A DNA stretch of 64,000 bases from Dehalococcoidia bacterium (GCA_965197585.1 OZ240215.1:2464001-2528000), one strand, 5' to 3'; counted from the first letter of the stretch, positions 8,994 through 19,322 are shown. Made by a program: numbers and translations. The notes: generated by a model from the letters alone, not told the origin.

Positions 8994-10100
8994 TCACCCC
9001 CCAAAAATATCCAACGGCAGAAACGCCGACACGCACACGTTCGGCAGGTCCACTACCTCGCTCACCTTGAAGTCCACCGCCACGCTGCAGATTACGTACG
9101 CCTGCTCCCGACTGTACCCCCGCTCCATCAGCAGGCTGATCATGTTCAGAAGCGCCTGTCTCATGGCGAGAGTCACGTTGCCGGACTCGTTCTTGCCATC
9201 CTCTATCGGCATCCCCGTAGTCGCTATGAACCGCTTCGGCGCCGCCATCTCCGGCAAAGTCCAATACTGGTCCGACTCGAATATCGGGAACCGTATGTTA
9301 CGCCTTTCCGCTGCTCCCTCTCTTATCCGGAACTTGGCATGAATCGCCGCCGACATCTCGACGGCCGTCCCGCAGCATTCGCTATCCCCCTGAGCAAAAT
9401 GCCCATCCCCCGCCGAGAACATCCCACCTTCTACAAAGACCGGGCACAGCAGGCGAACACCCCTAGTCAACTGCTTTATGTCCATGTTGCCGCCATTCTC
9501 CCTGGGCGGCATAGTCCTCAGTCCCTCCGACGCCACGGGGTCCCAGGAAGGCACCGCTCCCACCTTTTCCGGCGGCAGCGCCGTCCCTCCTGCCTCCACT
9601 GCCCGTGCCTCCCTCTCCCGACACTCCTCCATCAAGGCCCGAGACGGTGCCACGCCTATGGTTCCCATGAACGAGGCTTCAGGTATCCGCACCCCAGGCA
9701 CCTGCTCCGATACCGCAAACTTGCCGTCCATCGACCATTTTGCCAGGAAAGGTTCACCATACAGGTCGGCAATAAACCCGAAGCCCGGTTTAATGCTTGT
9801 GAAACCAAAAGTACCGGGCACGATGTCGATGATGTCGATTTCCAGGAGGTCGCCGGGCTTCGCGCCCTTCACGTACACAGGCCCCGTAAGCGGGTGCACT
9901 ACATTGCGGCTAAACCCAAGCAGTGACTCTGACGTAGAGTCGGGGGTGCACTGGCCGTCCGAGGCGTCCCGAGTCTCCATGTACACCTCTTCCTCAGGCT
10001 CGACCTCAAGCGCCGGCGGGATGTCTGGGTGCCAGCGATTGTGCCCCTTCTCCGGCTCCTCCGCACACCTCTTCGAATAATCCAGTTCTATGCTCTTCAT
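8994..10100 (-). CDS. Acetamidase/formamidase family protein
   Basis: HNRWHPDIPP, HPLTGPV, GGNMDIK, GDGHFAQGD.E.CG.A.E. Confidence 0.92.
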   Translation of the reverse strand: MKSIELDYSKRCAEEPEKGHNRWHPDIPPALEVEPEEEVYMETRDASDGQCTPDSTSESLLGFSRNVVHPLTGPVYVKGAKPGDLLEIDIIDIVPGTFGFTSIKPGFGFIADLYGEPFLAKWSMDGKFAVSEQVPGVRIPEASFMGTIGVAPSRALMEECREREARAVEAGGTALPPEKVGAVPSWDPVASEGLRTMPPRENGGNMDIKQLTRGVRLLCPVFVEGGMFSAGDGHFAQGDSECCGTAVEMSAAIHAKFRIREGAAERRNIRFPIFESDQYWTLPEMAAPKRFIATTGMPIEDGKNESGNVTLAMRQALLNMISLLMERGYSREQAYVICSVAVDFKVSEVVDLPNVCVSAFLPLDIFGG

Positions 10101-10289
10101 TCTTCCTTCTCCATTCCAAAACTCTTTTTACCTGTCATTCCGAGGCCCCGCGAGGAATCTAGGACTTGCCCACTCACCTTCCTCCTTAAAGCACCTGGGG
10201 CAGGGAGAATCCGCTCACCCTGTCGCAGATCCGCCGAGGCGGGAGCCAAGTCGAAGGGTCGAGCGGATTCCGGGTGGGGGCCTCTCCCC

Positions 10290-11396
10290 CTACCCCTCAA
10301 ATATGTCCAACGGCAGAAACGCCGACACGCACACGTTCGGCAAGTCCACTACCTCGCTCACCTTGAAATCGACCGCCACGCTCGTTATGCAATACGCCTG
10401 CTCCCTGGAGTACCCCCGCTCCATGATTATCCCGATCATGTTCAGTAAAGCCTGTCTCGTCGCCAACGTTATATTCCCCGATTCGTTCCGACCATCCTCT
10501 ATAGGCATCCCTGTCGTTGCAATGAACCGCTTGGGCGCTGCCATCTCCGGCGACGTCCAGTACTGGTCCGACTCGAATATTGGGAACCGGATGTTCCGTC
10601 TTTCGGCCGCTCCCTCCCTTATCCGAAATCGAGCGTGGATCGCCGTAGCCATCTCCACCGCCGTCCCGCACGTCTCTCCGTCCCCCTGTGCAAAGTGCCC
10701 GTCCCCCACCGAGAACATCCCCCCGTCCACGAACATCGGACACAGTAGCCGCACGCCCTTGGTCAGCTGTTTGATGTCCATGTTGCCGCCGTTTTCCCTC
10801 GGCGGAATCGTCCTCAGCCCCTCCGAAGCTACCGGCTCCCACGTGGGAACAGCACCAGCCTTGTCCGGTGGCTCTGCCACGCCCCCCGCCTCCGCCGCCC
10901 GGGCTTCCCTCTCCCGCCACTCCTCCATCGCTGTCCTCGACGGCGCAACCCCGATAGTTCCCATGAACGACGCCTCCGGTATCCGCACTCCCGGCAGCTG
11001 CTCCGACACCGCGTGCTTCCCGTCCATCGACCATTTCACCAGGAACGGGTCCGTAAACAGGTCCGACAGAAACCCGAAATGCGGCAATATCCCCGTGAAC
11101 CCGAAAGTCCCAGGCACTATGTCGATGATTTCGATTTCCAGCAAGTCTCCCGGCTTTGCCCCCTTCACGTACACGGGCCCCGTCATCGGGTGCACGACAC
11201 CGCCGTCAATGCCCGGCACATCTGCCAATGTGGACTCCGGAGTTATCTGTCCGTCCAGTGCGTCCCTGGTCTGAAGGTAGACCTCTTCCTCCGGCTCCAC
11301 CTCTAACGCTGGCGGAATATCCGGGTGCCAGCGGTTGTGGACCTTCTCCTGCTCCTCCCAACACCTCTTCGAGTAGTCCATCTCAATACTTTTCAT
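10290..11396 (-). CDS. Acetamidase/formamidase family protein (tandem paralog)
   Basis: Same motifs and highly similar to 8994-10100; start set at MKSIEM by alignment and the GGAGG RBS. Confidence 0.92.
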   Translation of the reverse strand: MKSIEMDYSKRCWEEQEKVHNRWHPDIPPALEVEPEEEVYLQTRDALDGQITPESTLADVPGIDGGVVHPMTGPVYVKGAKPGDLLEIEIIDIVPGTFGFTGILPHFGFLSDLFTDPFLVKWSMDGKHAVSEQLPGVRIPEASFMGTIGVAPSRTAMEEWREREARAAEAGGVAEPPDKAGAVPTWEPVASEGLRTIPPRENGGNMDIKQLTKGVRLLCPMFVDGGMFSVGDGHFAQGDGETCGTAVEMATAIHARFRIREGAAERRNIRFPIFESDQYWTSPEMAAPKRFIATTGMPIEDGRNESGNITLATRQALLNMIGIIMERGYSREQAYCITSVAVDFKVSEVVDLPNVCVSAFLPLDIFEG

Positions 11397-11674
11397 TCTT
11401 ACCCCTCCAAGACTATCAATCCCGAACACTTACCCGTTCAATTTCTGTCGGCAGTCAGCGCACGATATCCCCGCTCACCCTGAGCCCCTCTTTAGCTGTC
11501 AAACCGAGGCCCTTTTCACTGTCATTCCGAGGCTCCGCGAGGAATCTAGGACTTGCCCCATCACAATCTTCCTAACCTCCCGTTCCCTCATCACCTACTT
11601 CCTAACCCCCCACTCCCCCGCCCCCGAAAGCTATACTACTATCTAGTCCACCCAATGGAAACGGGCACAAACTC

Positions 11675-12670
11675 ATGGTGAAGTTTGGCATCCAGGTCCC
11701 CGCCGGCCGAGAAGGCATATACATACCCTCTGCCTTCTCGACCCCGGAGCAGCTCATGGGCCTGTTCACCCAGGCCGAGTCCTTCGGCTTCCATTCCGCC
11801 TGGGGCAACGACCACCTCAACACCCCCAGGGACGCCCGCTTCAGGTACGACCAACCTCCCAACGTCTACGAAATCCTCATCACCCTTGCCAGTGCTGCCG
11901 CAATCACGACACGTATCAGGCTCGGCGTTGCAGCCCTGACCCTACCTCTCCGAGAGCCCGTGGCCCTCGCCAAGCAGGTCGCGACTCTGGATGTATTCAG
12001 CAAGGGCCGAGTGTCCCTGGCCGTTGGCATCGGCCACTACCGCGACGAGTTCGTCAATGTGAAGCCCCGACAGAAGTATGACCACCGCGGCGAGATGTTC
12101 GAAGAGGCCCTTGAAGCCCTACACGTGATCTTCACCCAAGATCCCGCGAGCTTCTCCAGCAAGCACTATGAGTTCGAAGATATCTCCCTACACCCCAAGC
12201 CCCTCCAGGACCCCTTCCCCATCTACATCACGGGCACGGGGCCCAAGACTTCTGAGCGGGTAGTCCGATGGGGCACGGGCTGGATGCTGACAAATGTGGA
12301 AGACCAAACACTCGGTGAGCGCATAGAAGCCGTAAAGCGCCTCGCCGAAAACGCAGGCCGAGACCCCTCCACCCTGGAAATGGCCCACACCATAGCCCTC
12401 CGGGTAGACCCTACCCACGAGAAAGCCGTCGACAGATTCCAAAACAGCCTGCTCATGAACGGACCCCGTGGCCTTGGCAGCAAGTCCTACCTATTCACCA
12501 GGTGCGTCGGAACCCCATCTGAAGTCGCCGAGCAGATACGGAACATCTGCCGGGAAGGAATCGACCACATTATTATCCAGGACTTCGCCGTCGACACCTT
12601 CTCCGAAATGCAAGAGCAGATTCAGTTCTTCGGAGAAGAGGTCATACCCCTCTTCGAGACCTTTGCATGA
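11675..12670 (+). CDS. LLM-class flavin-dependent oxidoreductase
   Basis: SAWGNDH, LPLREP, LDVFSKGRVSLAVGIG, PKPLQ. Confidence 0.9.
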   Translation: MVKFGIQVPAGREGIYIPSAFSTPEQLMGLFTQAESFGFHSAWGNDHLNTPRDARFRYDQPPNVYEILITLASAAAITTRIRLGVAALTLPLREPVALAKQVATLDVFSKGRVSLAVGIGHYRDEFVNVKPRQKYDHRGEMFEEALEALHVIFTQDPASFSSKHYEFEDISLHPKPLQDPFPIYITGTGPKTSERVVRWGTGWMLTNVEDQTLGERIEAVKRLAENAGRDPSTLEMAHTIALRVDPTHEKAVDRFQNSLLMNGPRGLGSKSYLFTRCVGTPSEVAEQIRNICREGIDHIIIQDFAVDTFSEMQEQIQFFGEEVIPLFETFA

Positions 12671-12717
12671 CCCTCATTCCGGGCGGCGGAGGGAATTCCG
12701 ATCCCCTCTCCCTCAAT

Positions 12718-12870
12718 GTGACCCTTGCATAACCTCTCTCGGTGGGGCCGAGGCCGCTCGTGCTGTCGTAGATCCGCCGAGGCGGGAGGCTCTCGAAGTA
12801 TGAGCGGGGGGTGGAGATCACGTTATCTGGGTAGTACAACAGAGGGAATCTGTAGTTGTGTACAGGTATC
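12718..12870. mobile_element. MITE with degenerate GAGACCTTTGCATAAC-type terminal inverted repeats
   Basis: Nearly the same interior as 61274-61425 and related to 56066-56195; inserted in the loop of a CCCTCTCCC repeat. Confidence 0.7.
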
Positions 12871-12951
12871 TCGACGGGCCGTAGGTGCGCCTTTGGCGTG
12901 AGGGGCTAGAGCCTGCCCTGAATCTGTCGAAGGGGTGAGCGTGAACCTCCC

Positions 12952-14115
12952 CTATAACCCATATAACCCAGCCGCGTTCTCCCCCAACACCTTACGCTGG
13001 TCTACCGCCGGCAATACCTCCAGCGTCTTCCTGAGTTCATTGACCGGGTCCGGCACGCCGTCAGCATGTGGATAGTCCGACGCCCAGATGAACCTGTCCG
13101 CCCCGACATGCGATATGACCGCCGGGGCAAAATGTTCGTCGGGGTCCAGCGAGATCCAGCATTGCTCCTTGAAATACTCGCTCGGAGGCCGCTTGCACCC
13201 GGTCGTGAACCCCGCTATCTCGAACTTCTCGTCCATCCGATCGAGCCACCAGGGCAGCCACCCACACCCCGACTCCAATATCACTATCTTCAACCCCGGA
13301 AACTTCTCGAACACTCCGCCCTGGAACAAAGAGGCGACTGCCAACGGCATATCCAGGACCGCAGTCGTCAGATGCCACCAATAGGTGTCCGAGTAGGTGA
13401 TCTTGTAATAGCCTTGGATGACCCCCGGAGCTTTAACGCTATCGTGCGGATGGATGGTAACCGGCAGCCCCGACTCCTGGGCCTCCGCCCAAAACGGATC
13501 ATACAGAGAGTCCCCGTATGGCCGGCCCTCCGGGGCTTCCATCCCGATATTGACCGCCCTGGCCCCGAGCCTCGCCACTCTCTGGAGTTCGGCAACTGCA
13601 AGATCTACGTCGAGCATCGAAAGGTGAGGAATCGGAATCAACCTGTCCGGGTAGGGCTCGCAGAAATCGACGATCCATCGGTTGTACGCACGGACATACG
13701 CCGCCGACAAATCCGCGTCCTTCCACTCCGACTGCGTCTGGACGATGATCGTGTGGTAGAGCACCGCAATGTCGATCCCATCCCCGTCTAGCACCTTGAT
13801 CCGTTCATGGGAGTCGCAGGAGCCGGGAGCCATCTTCAGACCGTCGGCGTAAGTGAAGGCGCCTGGTTTCAGGCTATTCTCCAGCCTCCACTCCATCGAC
13901 TTACCTGCGGATGCCACATTTCCCAGTGTCCCCACCGCCCCCGCCTCCGATGGCCTCCCATCAATCTCGATATACTCCAGCCCCGCCTCATTCGTGGCGA
14001 TTCGAATGGCGCGGTCCTTATACTCGGATTCCAGGTACTCCTCCCACAACCCGGGAGGCTCCAGCACATGCCCATCCGCATCCACAATTTTGGGCTCGCC
14101 ATTGGTACGCGTCAT
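12952..14115 (-). CDS. Amidohydrolase_2 family protein
   Basis: DADGHVLEP, YNRW, VTIHP, FEKFP, ESGCGW, WASDYPH. Confidence 0.92.
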   Translation of the reverse strand: MTRTNGEPKIVDADGHVLEPPGLWEEYLESEYKDRAIRIATNEAGLEYIEIDGRPSEAGAVGTLGNVASAGKSMEWRLENSLKPGAFTYADGLKMAPGSCDSHERIKVLDGDGIDIAVLYHTIIVQTQSEWKDADLSAAYVRAYNRWIVDFCEPYPDRLIPIPHLSMLDVDLAVAELQRVARLGARAVNIGMEAPEGRPYGDSLYDPFWAEAQESGLPVTIHPHDSVKAPGVIQGYYKITYSDTYWWHLTTAVLDMPLAVASLFQGGVFEKFPGLKIVILESGCGWLPWWLDRMDEKFEIAGFTTGCKRPPSEYFKEQCWISLDPDEHFAPAVISHVGADRFIWASDYPHADGVPDPVNELRKTLEVLPAVDQRKVLGENAAGLYGL

Positions 14116-14154
14116 CGTCCAAATCTCCTAATGCGTCCCATCCTCTCCATCGAC

Positions 14155-14274
14155 GAGCCCTTTGCGTACTCGTCATTCCCGATTACTCGGGAATCCAGGG
14201 TTGGGAATTCAGGGTCGAATAGTATGACTGAGATGCTCAACCCGGCACCGTTCTAGGAGCTGTGCAAAGGTTTC
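14155..14274. mobile_element. Degenerate MITE of the same TIR family with a different interior
   Basis: GAGCCCTTTGCGTA...TGTGCAAAGGTTTC flanked by TCGAC on both sides. Confidence 0.55.
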
Positions 14275-14318
14275 TCGACGGCGGAGGGCTAGCGCCGAGG
14301 AGAGTGAGGTTGACCCCC

Positions 14319-15464
14319 CTACAACCCGTACAACCCTATCGCATTCTCCCCCATGATCTTCCGCTGGTCCGACTCCGGGAGCACACCCAGGTTCTCCTTC
14401 AACTCACCCACAGGGTCAGCGCTGCTGTCACTATGCGGAAAGTCGCCTGCCCAAAGGAACCTGTCCGCCCCGAGCAATTCTATTGGCCGATGTGCTTCCT
14501 TCTCTTCAGGCTCCATGTCGATCCAGCACTGCCTTTTGAAATACTCCGTCGGCTTCATCTTCATACCCGTCGTGAAACCAAAAAGCTCGTAGTACTCGTC
14601 CATCCGCTCCAGCCAGTGTGGCAGCCACCCGCTCCCCGACTCCGTAACCACCAGCTTGAATCCTGGGAACCGCTCGAACACGCCTCCCTGGAAGAACGAC
14701 GTAAACCCCAGCTTCACGTCCTCCGCAGCCCACATGTAAACCCACCACGTAACCGTGTGGTCCGACTGTGGGTACAGCTCGTTCCCGAAATGGCGCGGGT
14801 TCCCCGTAGCATGCAGCGACACCGGCAGGTCTAGTTCCTGGCACGCGTCCCACAACGGATCGAAGTACGCGTCCCCATACGAGCCCCCATTCGTTGGCCG
14901 ACCGTAGACCATCAACCCCTTCGCCCCCTGTCCCTTCACCCGCCTCACCTCCTCGACAGCCCCCGCCATGTCCCGCAGTGGAACGTGGGCCACATGCGCC
15001 AGCCGAGAGGGGCTCGTGCTGCAGAACTCGGCGATCCAGTCGTTGTAGACCCGGGCGTAAGCCAAAGCGAGACCCGCATCAGGACACACCGTCTCCCACG
15101 TCAGTCCCAGCGTCGGGTATAGGATAACCATGTCGATTCCTCGCTGGTCCAGCACCTTCACGTGCTCATCGGGGTCGTAGGCCGCCGGAGGTCGTCCCTC
15201 CGCGTACCCGACCTTCCCGGGTATCAGATAGTCTTCAATCGGGTGTGGTCGGTCGGGTTGGCCCGCGCCCGCCCTCCCGAAAATCCCCCCATCCAGGAAG
15301 TAGCCGTGGTGGTGCGCATTGTCCACGCACATGTACTCCCAGCCCTTCTCATCCTTCTCAAAACGAAGCGCTCGGTCCTTGTACTTCGCCTCGATATTCT
15401 CGACCCAAAGGTCCGGCGGCTCCAGCACATGGCTGTCTATATCGATAAGTCTGGGCGCGGACAT
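14319..15464 (-). CDS. Amidohydrolase_2 family protein
   Basis: DIDSHVLEP, YNDW, VSLH, FERFP, WAGDFPH. Confidence 0.92.
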   Translation of the reverse strand: MSAPRLIDIDSHVLEPPDLWVENIEAKYKDRALRFEKDEKGWEYMCVDNAHHHGYFLDGGIFGRAGAGQPDRPHPIEDYLIPGKVGYAEGRPPAAYDPDEHVKVLDQRGIDMVILYPTLGLTWETVCPDAGLALAYARVYNDWIAEFCSTSPSRLAHVAHVPLRDMAGAVEEVRRVKGQGAKGLMVYGRPTNGGSYGDAYFDPLWDACQELDLPVSLHATGNPRHFGNELYPQSDHTVTWWVYMWAAEDVKLGFTSFFQGGVFERFPGFKLVVTESGSGWLPHWLERMDEYYELFGFTTGMKMKPTEYFKRQCWIDMEPEEKEAHRPIELLGADRFLWAGDFPHSDSSADPVGELKENLGVLPESDQRKIMGENAIGLYGL

Positions 15465-15525
15465 CTTTACTCACCTCCCAGTTCGAGCGAGACCTGTTGT
15501 AAGGGGCCCGAGTTACAGCTGGTTG

Positions 15526-16656
15526 CTAAGAAGCCAGCTTGTAAAGCTCCATCGCGTTCCCCCCGAATACCTTCCGCTGGTCTTCTTCCGGCAAGTCCCC
15601 GAGGTTCTTCTCCAGCTCGTTCACCGGGTCGAGTATGGAGTCGGAGTGGGGGAAGTCGTAGGCCCACATGAACCTGTCGGCGCCCAGGATTTCTATGCTG
15701 AGCGGCGCAAGTCTCTCGTCGGGGTCCATGGAGATAAAGCCCTGCCGCTTGAAGTAGGTGCTGGGTATCTCCTTCATGGGAGTGGTGAAGCCGTTGATCT
15801 CGAATTTCTCGTCCATCCGGTCCAACCACCATACAATCCAACCGATGCCCGATTCCAGTATCACCACTTTCAGGTCGGGGAACCTGTCGAAGGTGCCGTG
15901 GTTGAAGTAGCTGCTGAAGTTGAGTTTGACGGTCTCGCCGCCGTAGAGGAAGAGCCACCAGGGGGTCTGGTTCTCGGGCTCGGGGTACGCCACTGCCGAG
16001 ACGGAGTTGGGCCCTGTGGAGGGGTGAATGGTCATGGGCATGTCAAGGGCCACGGCCTCTTCCCAGAGGGGGTCGAAGTAGGGGTGGCCGTATGGCCTTC
16101 CGGGTTCGCAGTCGGAGCCCATCATCATAGCCTTGGCCCCGCGCGCGGCGGTCCTTTTCATTTCCTTGATGGCCTCGTCGACGTTACCCATGGGTATGTG
16201 GGCCACGGGGACGAGTCGGGTGGGGGCTTCGCTGCAAAGGTCGAACACCCAGTCGTTGTAGGCCCGGCAGTTTGCCGCAGCGACCTTGATGTCGGGGCAG
16301 TCGTATTCCCAGAGGAGCCCGAGGGACGGGTAGACTAGGGTCATGTCTATGCGCTCGTCGTCCATCACCTTGGTTCGCTCGGAGGCTATATAGCCGCCGG
16401 GGACCATGGCTTCTTCCCAAGATATGCGTCCCGGTTCAAGATAAGGCCTCGCATCCTTGCCTATCGCTCCAAGGGCCCCGAGGGCACCACCCCGGCCGAA
16501 GAAGGACTTTTTGCCGTCAACGTTCAGGTACTCCAGCCCGTCCTCGTCTTTCGAGATTTTGAGGGCGTGGTCCCGGTACTCGGGGTCTATGTAGTCCTGC
16601 CACAGGTTGGAGGGCTCCATTATGTGACCGTCAATGTCGACGAAGGTGGCGTTCAT
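15526..16656 (-). CDS. Amidohydrolase_2 family protein
   Basis: DIDGHIMEP, YNDW, TIHP, FDRFP, WAYDFPH. Confidence 0.92.
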   Translation of the reverse strand: MNATFVDIDGHIMEPSNLWQDYIDPEYRDHALKISKDEDGLEYLNVDGKKSFFGRGGALGALGAIGKDARPYLEPGRISWEEAMVPGGYIASERTKVMDDERIDMTLVYPSLGLLWEYDCPDIKVAAANCRAYNDWVFDLCSEAPTRLVPVAHIPMGNVDEAIKEMKRTAARGAKAMMMGSDCEPGRPYGHPYFDPLWEEAVALDMPMTIHPSTGPNSVSAVAYPEPENQTPWWLFLYGGETVKLNFSSYFNHGTFDRFPDLKVVILESGIGWIVWWLDRMDEKFEINGFTTPMKEIPSTYFKRQGFISMDPDERLAPLSIEILGADRFMWAYDFPHSDSILDPVNELEKNLGDLPEEDQRKVFGGNAMELYKLAS

Positions 16657-16937
16657 TTCCTGTCTCCTTAGCTAAAGGGGCGCCTGACGATTGAGGGGAA
16701 TGTTACTGCACATCCACGGCGGGCACAACGCGGATTTCAGACTTCAAGTCGGTTTGAAAAGACATCCTGTTCCTCTTTCCTTGACGAGAGCCTTGCGTAA
16801 CTGGTATTTCGGCAACCGAATCACCCTCACCCGAACCCTCTCCCCTCAAGGGAGAGGGGACCAGACGCCCCTTCCCGGCCCCCTTGGAGAGGGTTAAGCA
16901 AAGTTTCCTCTACGGGAGAGGGTTCGGGTGGTTCTCT

Positions 16938-18068
16938 CTACATTGCCAGGTTGTACAGCTGTAGCGCGTTCCCCCCAAACACCATCTGCTGGTCTTCTTC
17001 CGGCAGGTCGGCGAGGTTCTTTTCCAGCTCATTAACCGGGTCGAGAATAGAGTCGGAGTGGGGGAAGTCGTAGGCCCACATGAACCTGTCGGCGCCCAGG
17101 ACCTCGATGCTGAACTTGGCGAGGCGCTCATCCGGGTCCATGGATATGAAGCACTGGCGCTTGAAGTAGGTGCTTGGTATCTCCTTCATGGGGGTGGTGA
17201 AGCCGTTGACCTCGAACTTTTCGTCCATCCGGTCAAGCCACCAGACGAGCCATCCTATCCCCGACTCCAGAATCACCAGATTCAGGTCCGGGAACCTGTC
17301 GAAAGTGCCGTGGTTGAAGAAGCTGCTGAAGTTCAGCTTTACGGTCTCGCCGCCATAGAGGAAGACCCACCAAGTAGTGAGGTCCTCGACGTTGGGGTAG
17401 GCCACCGCCGAGACCGAATTGCGCCCGGTGGCAGGGTGAATGGTCATGGGCATGTCCAGCGCCTCGGCTTCCGCCCACAGGGGGTCGAAGTACGGGTGCC
17501 CGTAGGGCCTTCCGGGTTCGCAATCGGAGCCCATCATCATTGCCTTGGCCCCAAGGGCCGCCGTTCTCTTCATTTCCTTGATCGCCTCGTCGACGTCGGC
17601 CATCGGGATGTGGGCCACGGGGACGAGGCGCGTCGGGGCTCCGCTGCAGAAGTCGAACACCCAGTCGTTGTATGCCCGACAGTTGGCCGCCGCAACTTTC
17701 ACGTCGTCGCAGTCGTATTCCCAGACCAGGCCGAGGGAGGGGTATACGAGGGTCATGTCTATGCGCTCGTCGTCCATCACCTTGGCCCTCTCGGAGCCGA
17801 TGTAGCCTCCGGGGACCATCGCGTCGTCCCAGGAGATGCGGCCGGGCTCCAGGTAGGGCCTCACGTCTTTGCCGATCGCGCCCAGGGCCCCGAAAGCCCC
17901 GTCCCTCGCCAAGAAAGCCTTGTTGCCGTCGACGTTCACGTACTCAAGCCCGTTTTCGTCTTTGGATATTTTGATGGCGTGGTCACGGTACTCGGGGTCG
18001 ATATAGTCCTGCCACAAGTTTGCGGGTTCCGTGATGTGGCCGTCTATGTCCACGAATGTAGCGCTCAT
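16938..18068 (-). CDS. Amidohydrolase_2 family protein (close tandem paralog of 15526-16656)
   Basis: Start at MSATFVDIDGH with the same AAGGAGACAGGA leader as the neighbouring copy. Confidence 0.92.
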   Translation of the reverse strand: MSATFVDIDGHITEPANLWQDYIDPEYRDHAIKISKDENGLEYVNVDGNKAFLARDGAFGALGAIGKDVRPYLEPGRISWDDAMVPGGYIGSERAKVMDDERIDMTLVYPSLGLVWEYDCDDVKVAAANCRAYNDWVFDFCSGAPTRLVPVAHIPMADVDEAIKEMKRTAALGAKAMMMGSDCEPGRPYGHPYFDPLWAEAEALDMPMTIHPATGRNSVSAVAYPNVEDLTTWWVFLYGGETVKLNFSSFFNHGTFDRFPDLNLVILESGIGWLVWWLDRMDEKFEVNGFTTPMKEIPSTYFKRQCFISMDPDERLAKFSIEVLGADRFMWAYDFPHSDSILDPVNELEKNLADLPEEDQQMVFGGNALQLYNLAM

Positions 18069-18159
18069 GTCCTGTCTCCTTTGACTAGAATGCGCCTGAC
18101 GATCGGGGGGAATGTTACCCCACGTCCACGGTGGGTACAATGAGGGAGATGGGGCGGTT

Positions 18160-18930
18160 ATTCAGTTGGAGTGGGGTTTCGGGTCTTGTTCTGTCTGTTG
18201 GGAAGGGGTTGGCGATGGAAGACGCCCTCTTGCCCTCAAATTGGCTTGCACTCTTCATTACGGGTGTTCCGGCTGTTGGGGGACCTTTAGAGCAGGCCCC
18301 GCCTGAGAGGGAGGGACTTGCAGCCGGCCGTGCCTTTTTGCTCGATTATATACACGGACCATTCCGGGTCAGGACGTCCGTCAGAGGCTCCTACTATTGT
18401 TTTCGGGGCTGTATGCCGCTATGGGCACGACGGGGCCAGTGATCCAGCTGTGGCCCCACAGCCTAACTAATGATTTTCAGTTTGCCGGAGCCCTGAGGAG
18501 CCCAGTCTCCGGCGCCCCCGCGCACAATGCGCATTAGTAGCAGGAGCAGACCTATTTGGAGATGGTTCTCCGTCGGGGGCACATGGTCCGCTGCATACCT
18601 CCTTAATTATCACCCCCGCTGCTAAACTCCCGGTGTAGGGAGAGGGGTGGGAGTAAAAGCCAGGGCGTCTTTCCATCGCCTGCGGATCAGGGAAGGGGCA
18701 CGGGACCCGGTGGTGAGGAGATGGCGGTCCTCCATAGGCGGATGTTCCACTTTCGCTTGAGCCGCGGGCCTGCGCGAGGGCCGTTGGGATGGGCTTGGAC
18801 GTTGAGTCCTCTGGTGGGTCGGGTGGGCTTCCCTGGGTTTTTGGTTCCTCCTTGAGATAGTTAGGTTGGTGTTCGAACGGGGAGGAGAATAGCACGAGTG
18901 TTCGGGTTGGGTCAAGGGGTTCGTGTCACA
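18160..18930 (-). ncRNA. Putative large structured ncRNA element, copy B
   Basis: Reverse-complement homolog of the copy A/C promoter, scaffold and tail; arms 18211-18228 and 18662-18680 pair. Confidence 0.65.
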
Positions 18931-18942
18931 CTTGGGGAGACA

Positions 18943-19322
18943 CCGCCCCAGCCCCACCGGGGAACCCTCACCCCCTTTATCCCCCTCTCCCTTAGGGCCT
19001 TCAAGGGAGAGGGGGAGATAAGAACAGAGGGAGACGTTGGCGCGTCTGCGCCAACGTCTCCCTCTAGTTCAGTACTGGGGGGGAAGGGGGATGGATTCCC
19101 GATCGGGGTCGGGAATGACGGGAGGGGGGCAGGACGTCCCACCCCAGATTCCTCGCGGGGCATCGGAATGACACGGGAGAAAGGGGATCCGCCCCAGCCC
19201 CACCGGGGAACCCTCACCCCCTTGGTCCCCCTCTCCCTTAGGGCCTTTAAGGGAGAGGGGGAAATAAGAATAGAGGCCCACGTGCGTGCTCTGCACGCAC
19301 GTGGGCCTCTAATTCAGTACTG
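18943..19322 (-). repeat. Two tandem ~140-bp composite palindromic repeats (third copy 62624-62785)
   Basis: Shared flanks AGTACTGAAYTAGAGG...CCTCTRTTCTTATYTCCCCCTCTCCCTT...GGGAGAGGGGG...GGGGCTGGGGCGG around perfect hairpins. Confidence 0.75.

Noticed and set aside
5060-18143. Long antisense ORFs (5060-6079, 8757-9926, 10090-11274, 15319-16338, 17058-18143)
   Set aside because: Shadow frames of well-supported genes in GC-rich DNA; no motifs or RBS.
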